Source: Polyangiaceae bacterium (lineage in GTDB: Bacteria; Myxococcota_A; Polyangia; Polyangiales; Polyangiaceae). Taken from it: a DNA stretch of 64,000 nucleotides. Location of the stretch: NCBI GenBank assembly GCA_035063585.1, contig JAPSGB010000008.1, positions 192,001-256,000 on the forward strand, read 5' to 3'. Shown piece after piece: positions 8,509-18,928 of this stretch. How positions within the stretch are numbered: the first letter of the stretch is position 1; the number at the start of each line of letters is the position of its first letter. The notes below the pieces were generated by a model. It had not been told where the DNA came from. It did not search any database and saw only the letters and a program-made list of their open reading frames with translations. Made by a program: the position numbers and the translations under genes.

Positions 8509-10239
8509 ATGAAGAGCGAGACTGACCTCATGGACCAGGCGCGAGCCTGGGTCGCTGGCGATCCGGACCCTCGAACGCGCGCCGAGCTCTCGGCGTTGGT
8601 CGAGGCCGGGGAGCTCGCCGAGCTCACCGAGCGGATGCACGCGCCGCTCGAGTTCGGCACCGCCGGGCTCCGCGGCATCGTCGGAGCCGGCCAGAACCGG
8701 ATGAACCGCGCCGTCATCATCCGCACCACGCGCGGGCTGGCCGACTACTTGCTCGCGCACGAGCCGGACGCGAGGAGCCGCCCGGTGGTGGTCGGCTTCG
8801 ACGGGCGACTCACGAGCCGGGAGTTCGCCGAGGACACGCTCGGCGTGCTCACCGCGGCCGGGCTTACCGTGCGCTATTTCGACGCGCCGGTCCCGACCCC
8901 GATGGTGGCCTACGCGGTGCGGAAGCTCGCGGCGGTGGCAGGGATCGTGATCACGGCGAGCCACAACCCGCCCGAGTACAACGGCTACAAGGTGTACGCC
9001 TCGAACGGCGCGCAGATCATCCCTCCGGTCGACGCGCTCATCGCCGGAGCGATCGCGCGGGTCGGCGCCGCGGCGGCCGTCCCGCGGAGCGCGGGCGCGC
9101 TCGACCTGCGGCGCGATCACTGCGAGGCGGTTCCGCACGAGCTCTTCGAGGCCTATCTCGCGGAGCTCGACGCCATCCGCCCGAAGCTCGACGTCGAGCG
9201 TGACTTTGCCATCGTCTACACGCCGCTCCACGGCGTCGGCTGGCGCTATGCCGCCGAGGCGTTCGCGCACGCCTCGTACCACCGGGTCGAGGTGGTAGCC
9301 GAGCAGGCCGAGCCTGATGGAAACTTTCCAACGGTCCGTTTCCCGAATCCGGAGGAGCCCGGAGCTCTCGAGCTGGCCAAGGCTCTCGCGAGCGAGCGCG
9401 GCGCCGAGCTGGTCGTCGCCAACGATCCGGACGCCGATCGGCTCGCGGTGTGCGTGCCGGCGCCAGGGGGCGGCTTCAAGCAGCTCACCGGCAACCAGGT
9501 CGGGCTGCTCCTTGCGGACTTCATGCTCGAGCACGCGCCGGGCGGGGTGAGGCCGCTGGTCATCTCGAGCATCGTGTCCTCGCCGATGCTCGGCGACGTG
9601 GCGCGGGCCTACGGAGCGCGCTTCGAGCAGACGCTCACCGGCTTCAAATGGATCTGGAACGCCGCGCTCGAGCTCGAGCGCGGCGGCGAGGGCACTTTCG
9701 TGTTCGGCTACGAGGAGGCCCTCGGGTACTCGGTCGGGCCCCTGGTACGAGACAAGGACGGGATCAGCGCGGCCGTCATGTTCGCGGATCTCGCTCGAGC
9801 TTGCGCGGCGCGCGGGGAGAGCGTGCTCGAGCGGCTCGCCGGGCTCTATCGCCGCCACGGGCTCTGGGTGAGCCTCCAGAAGAGCGTGGTCCGCCCCGGG
9901 ACCGAGGGCCACGCGGAGATCGCTCGCGCGATGGATCGTCTCGGGCGCGCGACACCGCGCGAGCTCTCGGGGCACCGCGTGTCGCGCGCGACCGACTACC
10001 GGAGCGGCGGCGCGGAGCGCCCTCGCTACCTCCCCGACACGAGCCTCGTCGCGCTCGCGCTCGAGGGTGGGAGCCGGGTGCTGGTTCGCCCGAGTGGAAC
10101 CGAGCCGAAGCTCAAGATTTACGTCGACTTGCGGATGGCGCTCGCGGCCGGAGCCGACCTCGCCGAGCTCGAGGCGCGCGCCCTCCGCGAGGCTGCCGGC
10201 CTAGCGGCCGCGATGATTGGCTTCCTCGAGCTGGGCTGA
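8509..10239 (+). CDS. Phosphoglucomutase/phosphomannomutase
   Basis: FGTAGLRG, ITASHNP, DPDADR, GYEEA, RPSGTEPKLK. Confidence 0.95.
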   Translation: MKSETDLMDQARAWVAGDPDPRTRAELSALVEAGELAELTERMHAPLEFGTAGLRGIVGAGQNRMNRAVIIRTTRGLADYLLAHEPDARSRPVVVGFDGRLTSREFAEDTLGVLTAAGLTVRYFDAPVPTPMVAYAVRKLAAVAGIVITASHNPPEYNGYKVYASNGAQIIPPVDALIAGAIARVGAAAAVPRSAGALDLRRDHCEAVPHELFEAYLAELDAIRPKLDVERDFAIVYTPLHGVGWRYAAEAFAHASYHRVEVVAEQAEPDGNFPTVRFPNPEEPGALELAKALASERGAELVVANDPDADRLAVCVPAPGGGFKQLTGNQVGLLLADFMLEHAPGGVRPLVISSIVSSPMLGDVARAYGARFEQTLTGFKWIWNAALELERGGEGTFVFGYEEALGYSVGPLVRDKDGISAAVMFADLARACAARGESVLERLAGLYRRHGLWVSLQKSVVRPGTEGHAEIARAMDRLGRATPRELSGHRVSRATDYRSGGAERPRYLPDTSLVALALEGGSRVLVRPSGTEPKLKIYVDLRMALAAGADLAELEARALREAAGLAAAMIGFLELG

Positions 10240-10259
10240 CAGGGGTAGCCTCGGAGGCC

Positions 10260-10919
10260 ATGCGAGTCCTCGTCATGGCCACGGTCGGCGCCGCGCTCCT
10301 CTTCGGCAGTTCGCGCGCCCATGCTCAAGACACCTTCGGCGCGAAAGGTGCCGCGGCCTTCGGCGCGGATCGGCTCTTCTCCATCCACTCGACGCACGTC
10401 TCTTCCGATACCGACGGCGGCTCCGTGTCCCAGACCTTCACGGGGATAGGCTTTGCCTGGAACGGCCCGACACAACCGAGCCCTTATGACGTCCCACGCC
10501 TCGGGTTCGACTACTTCCTCTTCGATCACTTCAGCCTGGGAGGGTCGCTCGCGTACGCGAGCTTGTCGTGGGAGGAGCCGGCCGGAAACGGTCAGTCGGT
10601 GAGCCGGAGCGGAAGCGCCTTCCTCCTCGCGCCCCGGGTGGGCTACGTCTGGATGTTCTCGGGCTCGGTCGGCTTCTGGCTGCGCGGTGGGCTCTCGTAC
10701 CACAGCTACGCCTACTCGAACCTGAACGCCGATGAGCGCGGGCTCGGCCTCTCGGCAGAGGGCACCTTCGTGTTTGCGCCGACCAGCCATTTCGCCTTCA
10801 CGCTCGGCCCGAGCCTCGACCTCGATCTCTTCGGCTCCTACGACGACGGTGACGGCCACAGCCTCGACCGGCTCTATCGGGTGATCGGGGTCCAGGTCGG
10901 GCTGCTCGGCTGGCTCTGA
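10260..10919 (+). CDS. Small outer-membrane beta-barrel protein
   Basis: Signal peptide ending AHA-Q; alternating aromatic beta-strands; C-terminal VGLLGWL. Confidence 0.8.
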   Translation: MRVLVMATVGAALLFGSSRAHAQDTFGAKGAAAFGADRLFSIHSTHVSSDTDGGSVSQTFTGIGFAWNGPTQPSPYDVPRLGFDYFLFDHFSLGGSLAYASLSWEEPAGNGQSVSRSGSAFLLAPRVGYVWMFSGSVGFWLRGGLSYHSYAYSNLNADERGLGLSAEGTFVFAPTSHFAFTLGPSLDLDLFGSYDDGDGHSLDRLYRVIGVQVGLLGWL

Positions 10920-10948
10920 GCGCCTCCCACCCGCTCGCGCGGCGAAGC

Positions 10949-12229
10949 TCAATCCGCGTCGAACGCGACCGTCTCGGCGTGCGAGAGCCCGGCGATCGCG
11001 TCGCGGACGGCGCCACCGATGCGCGCCTCGGTGCCGACCACGGTGACCACCAAGTCGTCCTCCGAGATCCGCGCGCGGACGGCCGCGTTGGCCTCCTCGA
11101 GGGTGACCGCCTGGACGTGCTTGGTGTAGTCGGCGTGATATCCGGCGGGGAGCTCGTGGAGGCGCTCGTCGAGCGCGAGAGAGACTCGCTTCGACGCCGT
11201 ATCAATCGCGAAGGCGTGGGAGCGCACGAGGTAGCGCTTGGCCCAGGCGAGCTCCCGCTTCGTGATCCCACGCTCGCGCCAGGCGTGCAGCAAGTCGAGC
11301 TCGAGCGCGATGCAGGGCGCGGCGTCCTCCGCCTTCGGGAAGGTCCACATGCTGAACGCCTGGCGCGCGCGATCGTAGGGCAAGCTCGAGTACGCGCCGT
11401 ACGACCAGCCGCGCTTCGAGCGGACCTCCTCGGTGAGTCGCGCGGTGAAGGTGCCCCCGAAGACGGTGTTGGCGACGTGGAGCGCGATGTGGTCGGAGTC
11501 ATGCGGATGCGACCCGAGCCCGCCGATCAGGATCTGCGTCTGGGTGCGCTCTGGCTTGTCCACGAAGACGAGCCGCCGTCCGCGCGGCCCGACCGGCGCC
11601 GGAGTCGCGAGGCTCGGCGCATCGACGCGAGCCGTGGCTCCCGCTAGGCGCTCGGCGAGCCGCTCGGCCGCCTCTCGATCGACGTCGCCGGCCAGGGCGA
11701 AGAGGAGCGCTCGCCCGCGGAGCGTGCGCTCGAAGTGCGCGCGAATATCCGCGGGCTCGATGGACTCGATGCTCGGGATGGTCCCGCTCACCGAGCGCCC
11801 GTAGGGATGGCCGGCAAAGACCGCGCGATTGAACCAGCGGCGCGCGAGCGCACGGTCGTTGTCGCGGGACTCCACGATGTCGCTCTGCGTCTCGCGCTTG
11901 AGCCGGCCGAGCTCCTCCTCCGAGAACCCGGGGCGGTTCAGCACGTCCGCGAAGAGCTCGACGAACGGCTCGAGCGAGCGAGCGATGACCGCGCCGCTGA
12001 AGGCGACCGAGCTCGGAGCTGCGTCGATCCCGAGCGAGCCGCCGAGGGCGTCGATGCGCTCGTCGAGCTCTCGAGGCGCGAGTCCGGCCGCGGTGCGCCT
12101 CATCAGCCGGGCGACCAGCCGGGTGAGCCCCTCCTTACCGGGAGGATCGGTGAGCGAGCCTGGGAGCGCCGCCGCGGTCATGCCCACCAGCGGCAGCGCG
12201 TGGCTGGTCTCGACGAGGACGTTCTTCAT
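10949..12229 (-). CDS. M16B peptidase family, non-catalytic subunit
   Basis: M16 features (HPYGR, VRSKRGWSYG R/Y motif) but no HxxEH. Confidence 0.88.
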   Translation of the reverse strand: MKNVLVETSHALPLVGMTAAALPGSLTDPPGKEGLTRLVARLMRRTAAGLAPRELDERIDALGGSLGIDAAPSSVAFSGAVIARSLEPFVELFADVLNRPGFSEEELGRLKRETQSDIVESRDNDRALARRWFNRAVFAGHPYGRSVSGTIPSIESIEPADIRAHFERTLRGRALLFALAGDVDREAAERLAERLAGATARVDAPSLATPAPVGPRGRRLVFVDKPERTQTQILIGGLGSHPHDSDHIALHVANTVFGGTFTARLTEEVRSKRGWSYGAYSSLPYDRARQAFSMWTFPKAEDAAPCIALELDLLHAWRERGITKRELAWAKRYLVRSHAFAIDTASKRVSLALDERLHELPAGYHADYTKHVQAVTLEEANAAVRARISEDDLVVTVVGTEARIGGAVRDAIAGLSHAETVAFDAD

Positions 12230-13593
12230 CGGGCTGTCTCCTCGCTCGCTCCCGCTTGGGCGCGGACGATCACGATGCTGCGCTGCTCCGGCGTGAGGTA
12301 TCGCCGAGCCGCCCGGCGGAGATCGCTCGGGTCGACCGCTCGGGCGGCCTCCATGCGCTCGAAGGCCGCCGCCGGACGACCGAGGACGGTGTCATAAAAC
12401 CCGATCGTCGAGGCCTTGCCGTCGGCCGTCTCGAGGCTCGAGACGAGCGAGAGCTCCATGCGGGCTTGCGCGCGCGCGAGCTCCTCGGTGGGCACCGGCT
12501 GCTCGCGGATCCGCGCGAGCTCCTCATCGACGACCTCGAGCAGCGCCTCTGCGCGGTGCCGGCCGCGAGCCGAGACGAAGAGCTCGGTCAGGCTCGGATC
12601 GCGGAACGGGCCCACGAAGATGCGCGCGTCGCTCGCCAGCTCGAGCTCCTGAATCAGCCGCCGATGGATGCGGCTCGCACGTCCGCCGAGCAGGAGCTCC
12701 GCGAGCACGGCCATCGCCGGGTGGTCGAAGTCTCCGAGCGCGGGGGAGCGATAGCCGATGATGAGCTTCTCGGTCGCGGTCGGCTTGGTCACCTCCACGC
12801 GCCGTTCGCTCGTCTGGGGCGGCTCCGGGACGGCCTCTTCGACCGGAAGCGCCGAGGGCTCGAGCGCGCCGTAGGAGGTCGAGAGCTTCTCGAGCAACCG
12901 CGGGAGCGAGAGATCCCCCACCACGACCACCGTGGCGTTGTTCGGCGCGTAGTACGTCCGGTAGAAGTCGGCGCAGTCGGCGGTGGTGAAGCCCTCGATG
13001 TCCGCCATCCAGCCGATGGTCGGCCAGCGATACGCGTGGCGCTCGAACGCGGTCGACCAAAGTAGCTCGCTCGCCGCGCTCTCGACGTCGTCCTCGACGC
13101 GGTAGCGCCGCTCGTTCGCGACCACGTCCTTCTCGGCCTGCACCTGCGGCTCCTCGAGCACCAGGTGCGCCATCCGCTCGGCCTCCAGCGCGACGACCAG
13201 GCCGAGCTGCTCGCGCGGGATGGCGATGTTGTAGTGCGTCCAGTCGAGCCAGGTGGCCGCGTTGCTCTCCGCGCCGGCCTCCTCGAGCTTCCGATCGAAC
13301 TCGCCCTCCGCCAGGTTCTCGGTCTGGCGGAACATCAGGTGCTCGAAGAGGTGGGCGAGCCCGGTCTTTCCGACGCGCTCGTGGCGGGAGCCGACTCGAT
13401 ACCAGGTGTGATAGGCGACCACCGGCGCCGAGTGATCCTCGCACACCAAGATGGTGAGACCGTTCTTCAGCCGAAACCGCTCGATGGTGAGCGCGGCGCC
13501 GAACGGGATGGAGCCCAGGTGCTCGACCGCGCCCCAGGGCGGCGCGTTGGAGTTCAGCTTGGCGAGACGCTCTCCGCGCATGGCCTCTCGCAT
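12226..13593 (-). CDS. M16B zinc peptidase, catalytic subunit
   Basis: YRVGSRHE..GLAHLFEHLMF (HxxEH), NAATWLDWT, NERR; ATGA overlap with partner. Confidence 0.92.
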   Translation of the reverse strand: MREAMRGERLAKLNSNAPPWGAVEHLGSIPFGAALTIERFRLKNGLTILVCEDHSAPVVAYHTWYRVGSRHERVGKTGLAHLFEHLMFRQTENLAEGEFDRKLEEAGAESNAATWLDWTHYNIAIPREQLGLVVALEAERMAHLVLEEPQVQAEKDVVANERRYRVEDDVESAASELLWSTAFERHAYRWPTIGWMADIEGFTTADCADFYRTYYAPNNATVVVVGDLSLPRLLEKLSTSYGALEPSALPVEEAVPEPPQTSERRVEVTKPTATEKLIIGYRSPALGDFDHPAMAVLAELLLGGRASRIHRRLIQELELASDARIFVGPFRDPSLTELFVSARGRHRAEALLEVVDEELARIREQPVPTEELARAQARMELSLVSSLETADGKASTIGFYDTVLGRPAAAFERMEAARAVDPSDLRRAARRYLTPEQRSIVIVRAQAGASEETAR

Positions 13594-13614
13594 AGCGGCA
13601 ATCTCCGGGCGGCG

Positions 13615-15417
<1,803 letters not shown>

Positions 15418-15552
15418 GAAACGCACGCGTCGCCGGCGGAGCGGGGCGCCCTCTCTAGCACTAGCCGGCGGGACCCGCCCAGCCGCGCCGACCCGGACCC
15501 TCGGGTGGTGGTCGACGCGACCTGACGGGTGCCGCGCGTACCCGAGGCCCGC

Positions 15553-15756
15553 TCAAGCCTTCTTGCTGGTTCGCGCGGCGGCGTCAGCGAGGCTCATCTG
15601 GCCTGGGAGCTCGTGCGCGTAGCGCTCGAGCACGAGATCGATCCCTTCGCGAATGTAGACCGCCACCGGCACGTTGGTGCGGTTATGCAGAAGGTGTAGG
15701 CGCTCGTTCTGCTCCGGAGTGATGTAGACCGTGGTCGAGATCTTCTTGCGTGCCAT
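15553..15756 (-). CDS. Ribbon-helix-helix DNA-binding protein (RHH_3-like)
   Basis: KKISTTVYIT strand, helix, then VPVAVYIREGIDLVL helix; 67 aa. Confidence 0.85.
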   Translation of the reverse strand: MARKKISTTVYITPEQNERLHLLHNRTNVPVAVYIREGIDLVLERYAHELPGQMSLADAAARTSKKA

Positions 15757-15791
15757 CGTCTTCCCGTGCGGAGCCTGACCTGCCTGACGTT

Positions 15792-15820
15792 ACAATAGCT
15801 TCCCATACGTGCGGTGTCAA
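15792..15820 (-). promoter_or_regulatory. Sigma70-type promoter of the RHH gene
   Basis: Minus strand TTGACA (15820-15815), 17-nt spacer, TATTGT (15797-15792). Confidence 0.8.
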
Positions 15821-15845
15821 TCGCGCAATCACTCGGAAGGCACGA

Positions 15846-15863
15846 GATTTTACTAGTAAAATC
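15846..15863. promoter_or_regulatory. Perfect 18-bp AT-rich palindrome, candidate operator
   Basis: GATTTTACTAGTAAAATC equals its own reverse complement. Confidence 0.65.
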
Positions 15864-16070
15864 AACAGTATAGCCAATTCTTGCGCGCTGCGCGCCCCGG
15901 CTCTCGCGGCGGCTCCACGAGCCTCATTTTCGGGGCGCATCGGCGGCCTTGTCACGAAGCGGCCGGACGCCTAGGATCGCCCCTGCCGCGCCGTGGTCGT
16001 GGCGGGAGCGGAGCGCTCTCCGGTGGCGACCCGCCCTGGACGGCCCGCTTCATGTGGTGAGAGGGCTTTC

Positions 16071-16859
16071 ATGACGATATTCACCCGCCCGAGGGGTTCC
16101 GGCTTACTTCCTCCGTTGCTGCTCGGGCTGCTGGTAACGGCGTTCCAGTCTGGGTGTAGTGCTTCGGTCAACACGGGAGCGCAGTCCCCCGACGGTCGAG
16201 TCACGCGCCGCGACACTCGGATCCAGCACGAGCCGTGCGACATCGAGAGCGCCGGGACCGAGAAGATCGACGTCAACGGCGACGGGCGCCCGGACATCTA
16301 CATCGTCAAGAGCAGCGGCAAGGAGCTATGCCGCGCGGTCGATCTCAACTTCGACGGGCACCTCGACACCTGGTCGTATCGAGACGGCGCCGGGCAGCTC
16401 CGGCGGCGCGAGTCGGACTACGATCGCGACGGGCGGGTCGACGAGATCTCGATCTACAAGGGAGGGGCGCTCGTCGAGATGTATCGCGCCACCACCTTGG
16501 CCGGCAAGCTCGACACCTGGCAGTTCTACGAGGGCGGCAAGCTGGTCCGCGCCGAGCGAGACTCGGACGGCGACGCCGTCGTCGACCAATGGTGGGAGTA
16601 CCCGCCGACCAACAAGCCCGGCTGCCCGCTCATACACTCGGACCTCGACGGAGACGGCCGGCCCGACCCGGGCGCGACGGTCGACATCTGCAAGGACGCC
16701 GGCTACGTGCCGCCGGAGCGCTCGGAGCCGCGGGAGCCGACCAGCCCGGACTTCTCGCGGCCGGGCTCGCTTCCGACCGAGGTCTCGAGTGAGCCGGCGG
16801 GTGCCGGGGCGAGCGGCGCGCCGACCACCCCGGCGACGGACGAGAAAGGCAGCAAGTGA
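16071..16859 (+). CDS. Lipoprotein with Dx[DN]xDG repeats
   Basis: Lipobox QSGC; DVNGDGRPD, DLNFDGHLD, DYDRDGRVD, DSDGDAVVD, DLDGDGRPD. Confidence 0.85.
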   Translation: MTIFTRPRGSGLLPPLLLGLLVTAFQSGCSASVNTGAQSPDGRVTRRDTRIQHEPCDIESAGTEKIDVNGDGRPDIYIVKSSGKELCRAVDLNFDGHLDTWSYRDGAGQLRRRESDYDRDGRVDEISIYKGGALVEMYRATTLAGKLDTWQFYEGGKLVRAERDSDGDAVVDQWWEYPPTNKPGCPLIHSDLDGDGRPDPGATVDICKDAGYVPPERSEPREPTSPDFSRPGSLPTEVSSEPAGAGASGAPTTPATDEKGSK

Positions 16860-17584
16860 TGCGCGCGCAGGACTGGACGGTGCTCTCCGCGGTGGCGCTC
16901 GCGGCGGCGAGCCTAGGGCTCTATGCCTGCGGAGGGGACTCCTCCCGCGAGGCCAATGCGCCGACCCGCACCGGCAGCATCGTCCACGCCGCCGGTGGGG
17001 AGGACGTCTCGCGCTGCGACTATCAAGGTCGCGCCGACCGCGAGGTTCAGGAGACGACCGGACCCGGCGCGCTGGTCCCGAATATTCGGCGCGTATACGC
17101 GATCATCGGGGCGGGGGAGGACCGCCGTCGCGTGATCGCCTGCCGCGAGGTCGACACCAACCTCGACGGGCAGAAAGACGTGGTGCGGACCTACGACGCC
17201 AAGGGAGAGCCGCTCCACGAGCTCGCCGACGCCAACTACGACGGCAAGATCGACACCTGGACCACGTTCTCGGGCGGCCGTATCGTGAAGGTCGAGATCG
17301 ACACCAACGGCGATGGGCGCCCGGACGAGATCCGCTTCATGGTCCGCGGGAAGCTGAGCCGGCTGCAGCGCGACACCAACTTCGACGGCAAGCCGGACGT
17401 CTGGGAGATCTACGACGACGGTCGCCTCCAGCGTATCGGCTGGGATTTCGACTTCGACGGCCACGTCGACCGGTGGGACCGCGATCTCATCGCGCTCCAC
17501 GACGAGGAGCGTCGCGAGGCCGCCGAAGCAGAGAAGGCTGAGCAGGCGGACGCCGGGGCCGGAGACGCCGCGCCGGCCAACTGA
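16856..17584 (+). CDS. Paralogous lipoprotein with Dx[DN]xDG repeats
   Basis: Lipobox LYAC; DTNLDGQKD, DANYDGKID, DTNGDGRPD, DTNFDGKPD, DFDFDGHVD; overlaps upstream stop (GTGATG). Confidence 0.85.
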   Translation: MMRAQDWTVLSAVALAAASLGLYACGGDSSREANAPTRTGSIVHAAGGEDVSRCDYQGRADREVQETTGPGALVPNIRRVYAIIGAGEDRRRVIACREVDTNLDGQKDVVRTYDAKGEPLHELADANYDGKIDTWTTFSGGRIVKVEIDTNGDGRPDEIRFMVRGKLSRLQRDTNFDGKPDVWEIYDDGRLQRIGWDFDFDGHVDRWDRDLIALHDEERREAAEAEKAEQADAGAGDAAPAN

Positions 17585-17594
17585 GCGCGCCGGC

Positions 17595-17948
17595 TCAGGC
17601 CTGGCTGGTGCCTTCGCGACCGTAGTCGTCCTCGAGCCGCACCACGTCGTCGAGCTCCGGGGTGGAGACCTCGAACACGCGTACGTCCTCGACCGCAATC
17701 ATGCGATGGATGGTGCCCGGGGTGACGTGGAAGGTGTCGCCGGAGCGCATCCGGAGGGTCCGGCGCTCGGCGTCCGCCCCGACCTCGAGGTCGAGCTCAC
17801 CCGTCTCGACGAAGAGCGTCTCGTCCTTCACCTCGTGGTACTGGCGGCTCAGCTTGTGCCCCTTGGAGATGAAGAGCACCTTGGCGACGTAGCGGTCGGT
17901 CTTTGCCCAGATGAGCTCGTGACCCCAAGGCTTATCGACGCGGCGCAT
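17595..17948 (-). CDS. Cupin domain protein (mannose-6-phosphate isomerase type II C-terminal-like)
   Basis: VDKPWG, LSRQYHEVKDE, PGTIHR, EVSTPELDDVVRLEDDYGR. Confidence 0.88.
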   Translation of the reverse strand: MRRVDKPWGHELIWAKTDRYVAKVLFISKGHKLSRQYHEVKDETLFVETGELDLEVGADAERRTLRMRSGDTFHVTPGTIHRMIAVEDVRVFEVSTPELDDVVRLEDDYGREGTSQA

Positions 17949-18052
17949 CCCCGAAGGCGTAGCAGAATCCGCCGCGCCGAACTAGAGAAGCGACGAGCAC
18001 GCGCCTCCTCTCCCCGCGAGCGCTCCCGCGCCGGACCGACATCCCCCCTCCC

Positions 18053-18928
18053 ATGACCACCGAACGCTTGCAGAAGCTCCTCGCGCGAGCCGGGATCGCC
18101 TCGCGACGAAAGGCCGAGGACCTCATCACCGCTGGGCGGGTCAAGGTCGGTGGGCGGGTCGTGACCGAGCTCGGCGCCAAGGCCGACCCGCGCCGCGACC
18201 GCGTAGAGGTCGACGGGCGGCGCATCGTGGCCGACCCGCTCGTGTATGTGCTCCTGAACAAGCCCAAGAACGTGATGTGCACGCTCCGCGATCCCGAGGG
18301 GCGGCCGACGGTGGCCGACAGCGTGCGTGGGCTCGGGGTGCGGGTGGTGCCGGTCGGGCGGCTCGACTTCGGCACCAGCGGCGTGCTCCTGCTCACCAAT
18401 GACGGCGACTTCGCGAACGGGCTCATGCACCCGCGGTGCGCGGTGCCGAAGGTGTACGTGGTCAAGGTCGACGGCGAGCTCGACGAACGCGCGGTCGCGC
18501 GGTGGCGCGAGAGCCTCGTCATCGATGGGCGCGCGACGCGCCCGGCGACCGTGCGCGCGCTCCGACGCGAGGCCGGCAAGACCTGGCTCGAGCTCACGCT
18601 CGTCGAGGGGCGCAACCGCCAGGTGCGTCGTCTCGGCGAGGCGGCGGGGCAACCGGTGATGCGGCTGGCCCGCACGAGCTACGCTGGCATCACGGCAGAG
18701 GGGTTGCGCCCCGGGCAGTGGCGGCACCTCACCGCGACCGAGCTCCGCGAGCTCAAGCGTAGCTACGGCGTGCCCGAGCGAGTGCGCGCCGCGCCGCCTG
18801 GAGCGGTGAGGGTTCGCGCGGGTGGTGGTCCGGCGCGGCCGGCGTCCGGAGCGCCCCCGCGCGGCGCTCGGGCTACCGTGCGGCCACCGGATCCGCGACG
18901 TCGTTCGGCACGGACCAATCGGCGTTGA
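18053..18928 (+). CDS. rluB: S4-domain rRNA pseudouridine synthase (RluB/RsuA family)
   Basis: ERLQKLLARAGIASRRKAE, VGRLDFGTSGVLLLTNDG, EGRNRQVRR. Confidence 0.9.
   Translation: MTTERLQKLLARAGIASRRKAEDLITAGRVKVGGRVVTELGAKADPRRDRVEVDGRRIVADPLVYVLLNKPKNVMCTLRDPEGRPTVADSVRGLGVRVVPVGRLDFGTSGVLLLTNDGDFANGLMHPRCAVPKVYVVKVDGELDERAVARWRESLVIDGRATRPATVRALRREAGKTWLELTLVEGRNRQVRRLGEAAGQPVMRLARTSYAGITAEGLRPGQWRHLTATELRELKRSYGVPERVRAAPPGAVRVRAGGGPARPASGAPPRGARATVRPPDPRRRSARTNRR

Noticed and set aside
6901..9975. 1024-aa minus-strand ORF, and similar long ORFs at 47656-50937, 32080-34413, 52834-54885 and 55447-57258
   Set aside because: Antisense shadows of well-supported genes, expected in high-GC DNA; no recognisable motifs
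10949..13593. M16 subunit lacking HxxEH as a novel pseudo-enzyme
   Set aside because: Active/inactive M16B heterodimer pairs are well known
15553..15756. RHH gene as an antitoxin, or as cdbA itself
   Set aside because: No toxin ORF adjacent; orthology to CdbA cannot be established from memory, so no symbol is given
18873..18928. 56-bp convergent overlap between rluB and the hydrolase gene
   Set aside because: Low-complexity C-terminal tails overlapping in stop-poor high-GC DNA; no sign of function
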